64,000 nt of DNA from Phaeosaccion multiseriatum (taxonomy: Eukaryota; Protista; Ochrophyta, other classes): assembly GCA_965112735.1 (NCBI GenBank), contig OZ218952.1:930001-994000 (forward strand). Reading direction: 5' to 3'. Within the stretch, counting starts at the first letter, position 1; each line of letters opens with the position of its first letter. This document shows positions 1 through 13,031 of this stretch, piece by piece. The notes under the pieces were generated by a model. It was not told where the DNA came from and ran no database searches. It was given only the letters and a program-made list of their open reading frames with translations. The translations under genes and the position numbers were made by a program.

Positions 1-709
1 GGAAAAAGAGGAGGAGGAAGAAGAAGAGGAGGCGGAAAAGGAGGAGGAGGAGGAGGAGGAGGAGGAAGAAGAGGAGCAGGAAGAGGAGGAGGAGGAGGAG
101 GAGGAGGAGGAGGAGGACGCGGAAAAGGAGGAGGAGGCGGAGGAGTAGGAGGAAGAAGAGGAGGAGGAGGCGCGAAGGAGGAGGAGGAGGAGGAGGAGGA
201 GGAGGAGGGGGCGTCGTGGTACCTTCACATTCTTGGCAATGACGATACAACCGGCACCAGACTTTCTGTCACTTACATTGATGAAAAATCTCGCTTTGAC
301 CGAGCCACGAATGGGATGGGGAAGGAATGAACAAGGGGGGAGGGGGGGGTGACCTACGGGGATGGGAAGAGAGAGAGGGGGGGAGGGGGGTGGATGGAGG
401 GAGGGAGGGAGGGAGGGAGGGAGGGGCAGGGAGGGTTTGTTTCAAGCATCCTCTGGCTCAAGTATCCTCCTCCATCTCGTATCCCCCCCACCCCTCCTCC
501 CTCCCTCCTCCTCCCTCCTCCTCCATCTCGTATCCCCCCCACCCCTCCTCCCTCCCTCCTCCTCCCTCCTCCTCCCTCTCCTCCCTCCCTCCTCCTCCCT
601 CTCCTCCCTCCCTCCCTCCCTCCCTCCTCCTCCCTCCTCCTCCCTCTCCTCCCTCCCTCCCTCCCTCCCTCCTCCTCCCTCTCCTCCCTCCCCCCTCTCT
701 CTCTCTTAG

Positions 710-2690
710 GCACTTGCTGGTCTGCCCGGTCTGGAGATAGTCAAGCCCCTGGAGCGCATCTTCTCCATCCCCCCGGCCATTCTCAAGCCCAAGATGCTCT
801 GGTCGGGCAAGCAGGTACGGGCAAGGACACACACACACACACACACACGCACGCACGCACACACACACACACACATACCATGACTGCTCCCCCCTCAGGT
901 AGAGAGCCAAACCCCCTAACTTAGAGCAACCTCCCCCTACCCCCCCTTCAATCAACCCCCCCACCCCCCCTTCGATCATTCGATCCCCCCACCCCCCCTT
1001 CGATCAACCCCCCCACCCCCTCTTCGATCATTCGATCCCCCCACCCCCCCTTCAATCAACCACTCTATCCCCCCACCCCGCCTTCAACCAGGTCATCTCC
1101 ACCCTCCTGCGGCACCTGACGTTCGGGCTGCCTCAGCTGCACCTCAGTTACAAGGCGAAGACTCCGGCAGTCGCCTTCGGAGAGGCCACGGAAGAGCATC
1201 TGGTGAGTAGAGAGAGGGAGGGGGAGGGGGAGGGGGGGGGGGGGGGGATGGCAGTGGATGGGGGAGGGGGATAGAGAGAGGGACGGATAGCGAGACAGGG
1301 AGCGAGAGACAGGGAGAGAGAGGGAGAGAGAGATAGGGGGGGGTGCAAGTGTGAAGTGTGAGGTGCGGTGCGAATGATTATGAAGCAAGATGACGAGTAT
1401 GAGTGGCGGGGTAGTTCCCGCCGTACGCATTGATTACAAAGTACGAGGCATTTATATGAAGCACACGCACACACACGCGCACACACACGCGCGCACACAC
1501 GCACAAGGCAGATAAAAATACACACTCAGACGAAGAGGAAGACAATAGAGACACATTAGAAGAGGAAGACAATAGATATACACTCAGACGAAGAGGCAGC
1601 TGCTGCTGCTGCAGAGAGAGCGTTTGACTGACGACTGTGCAGCGTTTGCTCATGTGCTCATGATTCAGTAGAGAGCGTCTCTAATCACCCCACACCATCA
1701 CCCCCCCTCCCCTTCCACGCACACACACACTCTCTCACTCTCGCACACACACATTCTCTTTGTCTCTCTCTCTCTCACACACACACTCCCTAACCCCACA
1801 CACTTACACACACACTCTCTCTCACACCACCACACCCACATACATACGTATATATATACACGCCCGTCCACACACCCACCCACCCACCCACCCCACAACA
1901 CACACACTCACTTACGTACTCACTTACGATACTGCTCAGATTGTGTTCTGCGAAGGGGAGCTCCTGCGAGGCGTGTTGGACAAGGCCTCGTTCGGGGCCT
2001 CCGAGTACGGACTTGTGCACGCCGTGCATGAGCTATATGGACCTACGCAGGCAGGGCAGCTCCTTACGGCGCTGGGCAGGTTGATGACTGTGTTTGTGCA
2101 GTTCTCGGGCCATACGTGTGGTATGGAGGACCTGACCTTGTCCAGCAAGTAAGTCAATGGAAGGTGGTGGTGGGAGGAGGTTTTAAGTCAGTGAAGGTGG
2201 ACAAGGGGAGGGGAGGGTGATGGAGTCTGTAGACATGCTTTGAGTTGAGTGGAGCGTTTTCGCGTTATCGATCGATGCAAGGGATCGCTCGGTGGTGACT
2301 GCTGCTGTATCACCAACTGCTGCTGCTTCCCCCTCTCCTTGTGCAGGGCTGAGACCGAGCGAAGAGCTCTCATTATGACGGTGAGTGAGTGAGTGAGGGA
2401 GGGAGTGAGTGTGGTGAGTGGGTAAGGAGTGAAGAGAAAAGGACCGCACTGATGCAAAAAACTTTAGCACGCCTCTGCAAAATTGCAAGCGTCACCGAAT
2501 CTCCAAGGCCTTGAGGGGAGGCGGAGGGGGGGGGCGGCGGGTAGAGGGGGGGGGGCGGAGTAAAACATTCCACCCCTCCCTTCTTCCTGCTCCCTCTCTT
2601 CCGTCTCCTCTTTCGGTCGATAGTGATGATCTCTTAAGGTGAACAATCGCTGAGCGTCCGTCCTTTCTCTTCTCTTCTCTTCTCTTCTCT

Positions 2691-2731
<41 letters not shown>

Positions 2732-4466
2732 CTCTCTCTTCTCTATCTCTGTCTCTTTCTTTCTTTCTTTCGTTCTTTCTCTCTCTTCTCTTCCCTTCTC
2801 TTCTCTCTCTTTCTCCTTTGATGCCTGTCTCTGATGGACAACACGTCTTCCCTATAAAAGGGGCAGTTCGCCTCTGTGTGCTTGCTTGCTCTTGTGAGTC
2901 CCTGTATGCTTGCTCTGCGTCTGCTTTGCCGTGCATGCATGCAGTCATCTCATCGACAGACTAAACTAAGCTAAACTTAATTTGACGTTAGGCACCCGCC
3001 CCCCCCCCCCCTTCTCCTTCCCGACCGCCACCCCTTCCATGTCCTCATCTCACCACCATTCCTCCTCCTCCTCCTCCTCCTCCTCTTCCTCCTCCTCCTT
3101 CCATTCCTTGTCCAACATTCCCTCTCCAGGCTAACGCGAAGGGCCAGCGAGCCATGAGCGCCTTCCTTGCCAAAGACCAACACAAGAAGCAAGAAGATGG
3201 CACTCCGCGACAAGAGGGAGGGAGCAAGGCCGAGGGGGAGACTGAACTCCGCGAGGAGGAGGTGCAAGCGCTGCGTGAGGCCACGGCCAAGGTGTTGTCA
3301 GGGGAGGACAGGGCAGAGCAGGCAGCGGCCATCGATGGGCACATGCAGAGCGCGCTTGCGGGGCTGGCCAGCGACATCATCAAGGTGAGTGTGTTGGTGA
3401 TACAGAGGGACGGACGGAGGGAAGGAGGGAGGGAAGGAGGGGGTGAGTGGGGGAGGGAGGGAGGGAGGGAGGGAGGGGGTGAGTGCGGGAGGGGAGGGAG
3501 GGAGGGAGGGGGTGGAGGGCGGGGGGGAGGTAAGCAAGTGGGGTCACAAGTCCTTCTCGCCTCCGTTTGCCGCTCTCAACATGCCCCCCTCTACCTCAAC
3601 CCCCCTATATATATATCATATATATACCCCACACACCCTCCCTCGCTATCCCTCTCTACTTTTCTCCTCGGTGTGTGGGGATGTGGTGATGACAGGTGTG
3701 CCTGCCTGGAGGGCAAGAAAAGGCCTTTCCTGCCAATGCCTTCAGCCTCATGGTCCTCACGGGGGCCAAGGGGAGCATGGTTAATCACTCGCAGGTACGT
3801 ATTTCAACATTACGTACTTAACATTAAAGCTTACGTACATTGCCGCTGATAACGGCCTGATAGCTGCTGATTCCTGATCATTGCTGGTGTCTGTCCTACA
3901 GTACAGAGTACAGTACAGTCAAGGAGGGGAAAGATGACAAGAATGACGTCAGTGTTGGGTGATGGATGGATTCCTTGCATTGGACTTGAAAAGTGTGCTC
4001 GGTCGCTCCCTTCACTCACACACCCACCCACTCACACACACTCACTGCGCCACTCACTCATCCGCCCTCCCACTCTTTCACCCAGCCACCCAGCCCACCT
4101 TCCCACTCGCCACTCACCCACGCACACTCACTCACTCACTCACTCACTCACCCACCCACCACTCACCAACGCACCCATCCACACGTCCACTCGTCCACCC
4201 ATCCACCCGCCCTCTCTCTTCCTTCTCTTCTACTACTGTATCACCAATTGCTGCACTGCTTGCAACTCCCTCCCTGCCCTTCACACGCGCACACACACAT
4301 CACCTACACACACGCTCACACATACACACACACTCACACACACAACGCATACACACACGCACATTCACACGCACACGCACACTCTCTATCTATCTCTCTC
4401 TCACATACACACACACTCTCTCTCTCTCTCTCTCACACACACACTCATACACCCCCCCCCCCCCAT

Positions 4467-4507
<41 letters not shown>

Positions 4508-4637
4508 ATACACCCACCCCCGTGCTCAGATTTCGTGTGCTCTTGGTCAGCAGGCGCTGGAGGGGCGTCGCGTCCCCGTTATGCCCTCGGGCAAGTCTCT
4601 GCCCGCCTTCCAGGTAGGGCAAGTATCATATGTATAC

Positions 4638-4668
<31 letters not shown>

Positions 4669-5633
4669 CATACATATACGTACATACATATATATACACA
4701 CATACCATATATATAATATATAGATGTATTGTATATGTGTGTATATTGTAGGGCAAGTGTCTCCCCTACTCCGGTCATAAAAGACACCTTCCTTACGTTG
4801 TTCAAAATGCTCCTCCGCCGTCCCTCCCTCCAGGCATTCGACCCTGCCCCTCGCTCCGGCGGTTTCATCACGGACAGGTTCCTCACCGGCATCCGCCCAC
4901 AGGTTGGTACAAGAGGCAAAAAGTGTATGGAAGTTGTGGGAGGGAATCCACGTAAGAATTACGTAATTGTGTGTGTGTTTCTAGGAGAGGGAGTAGGGGA
5001 GGGTATGGGATGGATGGGTGTCAGGTATCAGGTATCAGGTATCAGGTGTCAGGTATCAGGTATCAGGTATCAGGTGTCAGGTGTCAGGTATCAGGTGTCA
5101 GGTATCAGGTGTCAGGTATCAAGTATCATGTATCAGGTGTCAGGTGTCAGGTGTCAGGTATCAGGTATCAGGCGTCAGGTGTCAAGTGTCAGGATGGTAG
5201 TAGACCCCACTCACACCCCCCCACCCTCCACCTTCCCCACCCCAAGGAGTACTACTTCCACTGCATGGCGGGACGAGAGGGGCTTGTCGACACGGCCGTC
5301 AAGACGTCACGCAGCGGCTATCTGCAGCGCTGCCTCGTCAAGCACCTCGAGGAGCTCAGAGTGGGGTACGACAACACGGTGAGACACACACAGAGAGAGA
5401 GAGGGAGAGACAGACAGACAGAGAGGGAGACAGAGAGAGAGAAGGAGAGAGAGACAGAGAGACAGAGACAGAGAAGGAGAGAGAGAGAGAGAGACAGAGA
5501 GAGAGACAGACAGAGAGAGAGACAGACAGACAGACAGAGAAACAGAGAGAGAGAGACAGGAGAGACAGAGAGAGAGACAGAGAGAGAGAGAGACAGAGAG
5601 AGAGACAGAGAGAGAGAGACAGAGAGAGAGAGT

Positions 5634-5671
<38 letters not shown>

Positions 5672-8600
5672 GAGAGAGAGAGGGAGAGAGAGACAGAGAG
5701 AGACACAGAGAGAGAGACTCAGTTCTCAGTTCTCAGTTCTCAGTTCTCAGTTCCAGTTTTTTGCGTCTGGGCACACACTTCGCAGTTTTCGTTTTTTTGG
5801 GGGGTAATAGTAGACCCCTTGCTTTCTGCTGAAATCGATCTGTTGTTGCAGTTTGTTTGTTAGACTTTGGTTGGTAAGTCAATTACTACCGATGCACTTG
5901 CAGTTTTTTTGTCGTGTTTGGACCCCTTTTTCTGCGAGTTCCTCACTTCTTCGTCCCTTCCTTCCTTCTTTTCACCTCCCTCCTCCCCCCCTTCCTCCTC
6001 CTTCTTCTTCTCCTCCTCCTCCTCCTCCCCCTCCTCCTCCCCCTCCTCCTCCCCCTCCTCTTCCTCCTCCTCCTCCTCCTCACGCAACAGGTCAGAGACG
6101 GAGAGGGGTCGGTGTACCAATTCTGCTACGGCGAGGACGGCTTGGACGTTGTGCATGGGGCATACCTCAAGGGAGGAAGGGCACAGATGGACTTCATCGC
6201 ACGCAACCACAAGGCCCTGAGTCACCGTTACAAGCTGCAGAGTGCCGTGATGCGGGGCCTGTGCAAGGAGGCAAAGGCCCGGGGGGGCAAGGCCGAGGCA
6301 CACGAGGCGGTGGAAAGGTCCAAGCAGCAGCTCGGTGAGTGGATGGCAGTGGATGGCAGTGGACGGGGGGTGAGGCGGGGTGGATGGGTGTGTTGAAGGA
6401 TAGATGGCAGTGGATGGATTGTGGAAACGGGTGGGGGGCGTGTTTGGGGCATGTGGGCAGGGGATGGGTGGGTAGGATGGAAGTGGATGGCAGTGGATGG
6501 AAGTGGGTGGAAGTGGGTGGGGTGGTGGGGTCGTGAGCGCCCGCCCCGCCCGCCCGTTCGCTTGCTCGCTCGCTCGCTCGTCCTGTTTGTGTACCATGAT
6601 GATGATGAATCTTGTGGGTCTCCTCTCTCTCATCTCTCTCTCGCTCACTCTCCTTCTCTCTCTCACTCTCTCTCTCTCCTTCTATCTCTCACTCACTCTT
6701 ACTCTCTCTCTCACGCACTCTCTCTCTCTTCTCCCTTTCTCTCACCCCCCTTCCTCCCCCCCGCCCCCTCTCCATCACCTCTTTCCCTCAGCTGCAGCAG
6801 GCACTTCAGGGGCCAACAGTAACGGCCCCTTCTCAGTGGGACAGCGCGTGAGAGCCCGACGACTGCGCAAGAACCGAAGTGATTGGGCAAGGGAGAACCT
6901 TCTCCTCGGCTGGCACTGGGCAGACATCATCAAGGCTAAGGGAGGAAGCAGCAGCAGCAGTGGTGGTGGTGGTGGTGGTGCGACAAATGGCGGCGAGGGA
7001 GAGACCGAGTCGTCACAGTTGGCACCGCAGCCAGTATTACCACAACAGCAAGCACATAAGATGAAGTACTCTGTGCGATACCTCAAGGACGGGGTGGTGA
7101 GCAAGATTCCTGCCGTCATGAAACTGCACCAAGAGGGAAGGGGTCGAGCAGGGGGGGGGGGGGCGGGTGGCACAGGGGGCATAATCACCACGGGAGAGGC
7201 AGACGACTGCCGTGTGGCGCCAAAGAGAGTCCCTCTGCTCAAGGCCGCCGAGCTCGATCCGGTCATGTCCTCATGTAACGTCAGCGAGTTGGGCAGTACG
7301 AGTGAGCGCTTTGAGCAAGCCATTGAGGAGTATATGGACGCGAACCCCTCGGGTCTCGTCAAGCCTTCCTCCTCCTCCTCCTCCTCCTCCTCCTCGTCGG
7401 TGGCTCCACAACACGCGCACATGCTCTCGAAAGCTGCCTCTCGCGGCTCTCTGAAGGAGCTGTTGTGGGCCAAGTACATGCACACACTTGTGGCACCGGG
7501 GGAGTCTGTCGGGAGCATCGCCGCACAGTCAGTGGGGGAACCTTCCACGCAGGCAAGTGGACAACAGGGACAAGAGAAAGAGGGGATGGAAAGAGGGGAA
7601 AGAGGCAAGGGGTCGGGCAAGGGGTGGGGTAAGAGTGTGAGTACTCTCTCTCTCTGCATGAGAGTGAGGAGGAGTAGTGAGTGGTACGGTGTTCCCCTTC
7701 GGTGTCCCCTTCCTTCGTTGTGCTAAATCCTTCCTTGTCCTCCTCCTTCCTCTCTTCCTCTCTCCTCCTCCTTCCTCTCTTCCTCCTCATCCTCCTCCTC
7801 TCTCTTCCTCCTCATCCTCCTCCTCTCTCCTCCTCCTCCTCCTCCTCCTCCTCCTCTCTCCTCCTCTTCCTCTCTCCTCCTCCTTCCTCTCTTCCTCCTC
7901 CTCCTCCTCCTCTCTCCTCCGTCCTCCCTCTCTTGCACGCACACAAACACATACGCACACGCACGCACACACACACTCTTACGAACGACTCACAGATGAC
8001 TCTAAACACCTTCCATTTGGCGGGACACGGTGGAGCAAATGTAACGCTCGGTATCCCTCGTCTTCGAGAGATTCTCATGACGGCATCCCGCAAGCTCAAG
8101 ACGCCGTCCATGACCGTCCCACTCAAGAGGGGCAGCAGCAAGGATGAGGCGGAGGCGTTGGCGAGGAGACTGACGAGGTTGCCTCTGTCACAACTTCTAA
8201 AGCACGAGGGAGGCATTAGTGTGGCAGAGAGGGTGGTGAAGGTGAGAGAGAGAGAGAGGGGGTGAGAGGGAGAGAGGGTGGGGGGTGAGAGAGAGAGGGA
8301 GAGAGGGGGGGGTGAGAGGGATGGGGTGAGAGGGATGGGGTGAGAGAGAGAGAGAGGGAGATGGGGGGTGAGAGGGGCGGGGTGAGAGGGAGAGAGAGGG
8401 GGGGGAGGAGGGAGGAGAGGGGTCTTTACCGCCTTTAAAGCTCAGTCACTCTCCCGTTTGTGTCCCTATCCGACCCCACCCCACCCTACCCTACCCTACC
8501 CTACCCTACCCTACCCTACCCTACCCTACCCTACTCTTCCCTACCTGTCTGCCTTGACAGGGAGAGGACGGTGTGTGGGAGCGGCACTACACCGTGTCAC

Positions 8601-9273
8601 TCGAAATGTACCCGGGAAAACTCATCAAGAAGGCGTTTCAGCTGCAGTTCAGGGAGATTTGTCGGGCAGTGTCAGCTTCTTTCGTGCCTCACCTTCTTGC
8701 CATGACCATGACCGAGCTGCGCAAGTGCGGGGAAGGAGCAGCGGCCAAGCAGGCATCAATGGGAAGCCTGAAGAGGAGGGGTGGTGCTGTTGGGGGTGTT
8801 GATGATGATGATGAGGAGGAGGAGGAGGAGGAGGGGGATGGGGGGGTTGTGACCACCGCACCGGAGCAGTCGGACGTGGTCATGGCGGTTTCGGATGATT
8901 CGGATTCCGATTCCGATTCCGGTTCCGATTCCGGTTCCGACGGCGGCGGTAGCAGCAGCAAGAGGCGAGCTTCATCGTCGGGAAAGGCAAGCAAGAAAGG
9001 GGCAGCAGTAGGCAAGACGATGACGGCAACGAAGACAGGGAAGAAGAAGAAGAAGAAGAAGAACAAGAAGAAGAGGGGGGATGACTTTGGAGGAGCTGCT
9101 GATAGCGAAGAAGAGGAGGAAGAGGGCTTTGAAGAGGCAGGGGCGAACAATGCCGATGAGGACGGCACGTTGAAGCTGGGACGGCAGGCCGGGCAGACCG
9201 ATTACGAGGAGATGGACGACGAGGAAAAGGCGATTTGGGAGTCAATGAAGGGTGCTGGCGACGACCTGTTTGG

Positions 9274-9306
<33 letters not shown>

Positions 9307-9676
9307 GGAGGGTGGGGGCAAGCGCCGGACGGGCGGTGGGAAGACGGTCAAGAAGAGGAGGCGGGCTGTGAGTGGCAAGGAGGGGGGGGAGGAGGAGGAC
9401 GAGGAGGAGGAGGAGGGGGGGGGGGGGCACAGCGATTACTTTGGCCTGTCCAAGAAGGTCAAGTCGAACGGACTCTTCGGGGGAATGGGCAAGGTGAGGA
9501 AAGGAGGGAAGAAGGGGGGCGGGCTGCTCAGGGGAGGGAGCAGAGGGAGCAGGGGCACAAGAATACCCCAGTGCTCACAAAGGGCATAGGCCTCCATGTC
9601 AGTCTATGCCAAGCTGTCGTCGTTACGAGCTGACCCCCTCCCCCCCGCCCCTCCCCCGTCTCTCCGTCCGTTCCTG

Positions 9677-9714
<38 letters not shown>

Positions 9715-10725
9715 TCTCTCTCTGTGTGGTTGTATGTCTTTGTCTTGTGTTGTGCTGTCCATCCACCTATCCATCCATCCATCCATCCATCCACCTACCC
9801 ATCCATCCATCCACCACCCATCCATCCACCACCCATCCATCCACCATCGATCCATCCATCCATCCATCCATCCATCCACCCTCCATCCCTCCATCCATCC
9901 ATCCATCCATCCATCCATCCATGCACCCACCCACCTACCCTCCCATCCATCCACCATCCACCCGTACATCCATCCATCCATCCATCCACCCATCCCTCCA
10001 TCTATCCATCCATCCATCCATCCATCCACTGCCATCCCGTACAGGATCGGGACAGAAGCGTCATCACGGCAACGCTCGTCCTGCCCGCCAATCTGCGCCG
10101 CCTTCTCATGGTGCACCTTGCCGAAGGGGCGGCCGAGAAGACACTCATCACCGCCTTCAAGGGCATTGGACGGGTGTTTGCGGTGGAGCAACAGCCCACA
10201 GGGGCAGCAGCAGCAGCAGCAGGGAAGGGAGGAGGAGAGGAGGGTGGCGGGAAGCAGTGGGCAATTCAGACGGAGGGGAGCAGCATCCCTACGCTTTGGT
10301 CGCTCAATGAGGCACAGGGCGGGCCGCTGCTGGACTTGTCTTCCCTCTCTTCCAACGACATTTGGGCCATTCATCAAACGTATGGCGTGGAGGCGGCGAG
10401 GACGGCCATTAGCTCGGAGATTGTCAATGTGTTTGGCGTGTACGGTATAAGCGTGGACCGACGCCACCTCTCCCTTATTGCTGACTACATGACCTTCTTG
10501 GGAGGCTTCCGACCGCTCAATCGTCTCGGGATGCAGGATGCAGCGTCTCCCTGCCTGCAGATGTCCTTTGAAACGACGGCGACGTTCCTGGTGCAGGCAG
10601 CCCTGGACCGTCGGAGCGACATGCTGGAGTCGCCATCTGCGTGTATTGTAACGGGCAAACCGGGCACATATGGCACAGGGGCCTTCGATTTGTTACTGCC
10701 CATTGCTGGGGCGGGTCAGGCGTGA
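710..10725 (+). CDS. RPA1: DNA-directed RNA polymerase I largest subunit (A190/RPA1), 3' portion, multi-exon; 5' exons lie upstream of the window
   Basis: Exons ~710-814, 1092-1202, 1940-2148, 2347-2380, 3130-3384, 3696-3794, 4530-4613, 4834-4902, 5247-5378, 6091-6334, 6792-7552, 7996-8241, 8561-9493, 10045-10725 splice in frame. Motifs: [59 protein letters not shown]|[45 protein letters not shown]. The acidic jaw/expander insertion is typical of Pol I. Confidence 0.96.
930..1090. repeat. C-rich ~20-30-bp tandem repeat (CCCCCACCCCCCCTTCRATCA) in an RPA1 intron
   Basis: About 6 imperfect units ending at the acceptor. Confidence 0.8.
5017..5193. repeat. Heptamer array (TCAGGTR), ~25 units, in an RPA1 intron
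   Basis: Alternating TCAGGTA and TCAGGTG units. Confidence 0.95.
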
Positions 10726-11258
10726 GGAGGAGAGGAGGGGTCTGCTTTGAGAGTTGGTGATGTGCAGGAATTGTAAAGAAGGAAGCATGTTAATCAATGA
10801 CTTCTTCTTTTCCTCTTTTGTGTCAGTTGACGCTTAATTTTCCAATGGTTCATTCCAGTTGGAGAATTCATTTGAGTGTGAGTAGTAAGTACATTTTATC
10901 CGCGACCACAACCACACAAAGTCTGGGTTAACGTCTGGGTTGTTGACAAAGACAAACTAAGTATCCCACTCTCCCTAGTCCTTCCTCTTCTCTGCTGCTC
11001 TTGCTCAGTTGTGCGGCCGTCCTTACAAGTACCGCTCCATCTCCCCTTCTTCTCTTTCTACTTCAGTAGTATCTTCTTATCTTATCTTGTCTCCTCTCCA
11101 TCATGACCCTCACTGCCGCCCGCCGCCACCGCCGCCCCTTCTTTTTGAAGCACTGAAGCCCCATTCCCCCTCCCCCCGCCTTCACCCTCAGCCGAACAAT
11201 CGACCAATCCATCAATGCACCTCCTGCATCACTCAGTCAACTAAAACCAGTCAACCCC

Positions 11259-13000
11259 TCAATCCACCTCCTCTGCCACCACGGTACCCGGCACAGGCAC
11301 AACATTACTCTCAAACTCCGACGCGTCCATTGCGTCAAAGTCCGGAGGAGCATCGTCGTCATCGCCTCCCTTGACGAGCGCCGCACCCCCCCCTCCCGCT
11401 CCGTTCCCTTCTTCCCCTCCCTCTGACTGGAACGAGGGCATGGGATCTGAAGCACCAACCATGACAAAGCCTCCGACGCCGGCTTGCTCGCCGCCCCCGC
11501 CCGCTTGCTTGGCGGCCTTCTTCTTCTCTGCATCTCCTTCTTCTCCATCCTCCTCGTCCTCCTCCTCCTCGTCCTCCTCCTCCTCCTTAGGCTTGCCAAA
11601 CTGCTTAATGTTGAAGAAATGCAGCGGGTAAAACTCGGCCTTGACAAATTTCCCGCCAAAAGTCTTTCCCTGTAACGCGCTCTTGGCATTGTCTGCCGCC
11701 ACGGGGTTTTCAAACTTGACAAAAATCTTGCCGCACCCCGGAGGAAGCGTATCGTCCACACACCCCGGCCCGGTCACCACGACATCGTGGGGTCGAGGTA
11801 TTGCCACCTCCAGCACCTTGCCATGCTGTGCACACTCGTTTGTAACGTCCTGCTTAATGTCTTCGAATTCAGCGTCGTCGTCAAGCTCCTCCGGTTTGAC
11901 CATGTTTTTGAGTCGAATCACCGCCGTGGCTTTCTTGGAGGCCTGTCCAACACAACAAAAGTGCAGTCAATGTTCAAAACAAAAGCAAAAGCAACAGCAA
12001 GAAAGGAAGGAAAGAAGGGAAAAGACGGCTACGGTCAGGTGGGTCGGAGGGAAAGGGAAAGGGAGAGGGACGATTTGTCAACTGACTAATCGGAATCATT
12101 GACTTGAAACTCAAGAATTACGTATGAAAGGAGTATGGGATGGTAGGGACGTGTCTTTTGCTTTACGAGGATTCACACCCGCTCGGATCGCACTTCACGC
12201 AAGCGCCAACCAAAGTAGAAAAAAAATCGAATCGAAGAAACAGCCCGAATCGAACCGCTCTTTCCCCGCTCCTCTTTGCGAGGTACGCACATACCCACGC
12301 ACGCACCCACGTACACCACACATGGGTACTCCATGGCCACTCGTCCCTAGGCACTCACTCACTCACTCACTCACCGGGTAATCGTCGGGGTCGATCTCAA
12401 CCTTGACGGCTTTGAACAGAGTCTCTGCCATGGAGGCCGGCACCCCCTGTACCACCAACTTGTGTTCTGCAATGGTCAGGCCATGCAGGCCTTCTTCAGC
12501 GTCCTTGACAGGTCCTCCTGAAGCATCTTCGTACTCGAATACTGCAATACCCTGGTGGGGGAGGGAGGGGAGAGAAGAGGAGAGCCGACCAAAGTAGAGC
12601 AAAGCAGAGTAGAGGCGAGGAGAGGAGAAAAGGAGAGGAGAGGAGCGGAGCCAGTCGGTGCGGAAGGGGAAATGTGAGAAGCGTGTGGCGGAAGAAAGTG
12701 GAGTGCGCAGACAGAGACAGAGGGAGAGAGAGAAGCCCCACACTGGGGTGACGAAGAGAAGAGAAGAAGAGAGGACGAAGAGGAGGACACAACCGAGAAG
12801 ACGGACGGAAAAAAGGCGTCCATCGAGGTGGCAAAAGAGAAGGAAGCACAAATGCCCGCACGCCTACCGGAAACGGAGCACAGCACGAGGCCTGGCTACT
12901 GCCGTATCACCAACTGCTGTACTCTGGTGTCGAGAGCCTCGTCAGCCTGAGTGCGGCATAAAAGTCGGGGAGGATGGCACCGGATGGCACCGGAAGGACA

Positions 13001-13031
<31 letters not shown>

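Noticed and set aside
1-210. Poly-Glu coding sequence at the window ends (also 63860-64000)
   Set aside because: These are (GAG)n tracts: the 3' one follows a GTGAGT donor, and the 5' one precedes a C-rich acceptor region and has an in-frame TAG, so both fit intronic repeats.
2305-2317. TATCACC as a phage lambda operator half-site
   Set aside because: No second half-site or phage context; kept only as part of the dispersed motif finding.
8484-8545. (CCCTA)n as an interstitial telomere
   Set aside because: Short, lies before an acceptor like other C-rich intron repeats, and is not the TTAGGG/TTTAGGG type.
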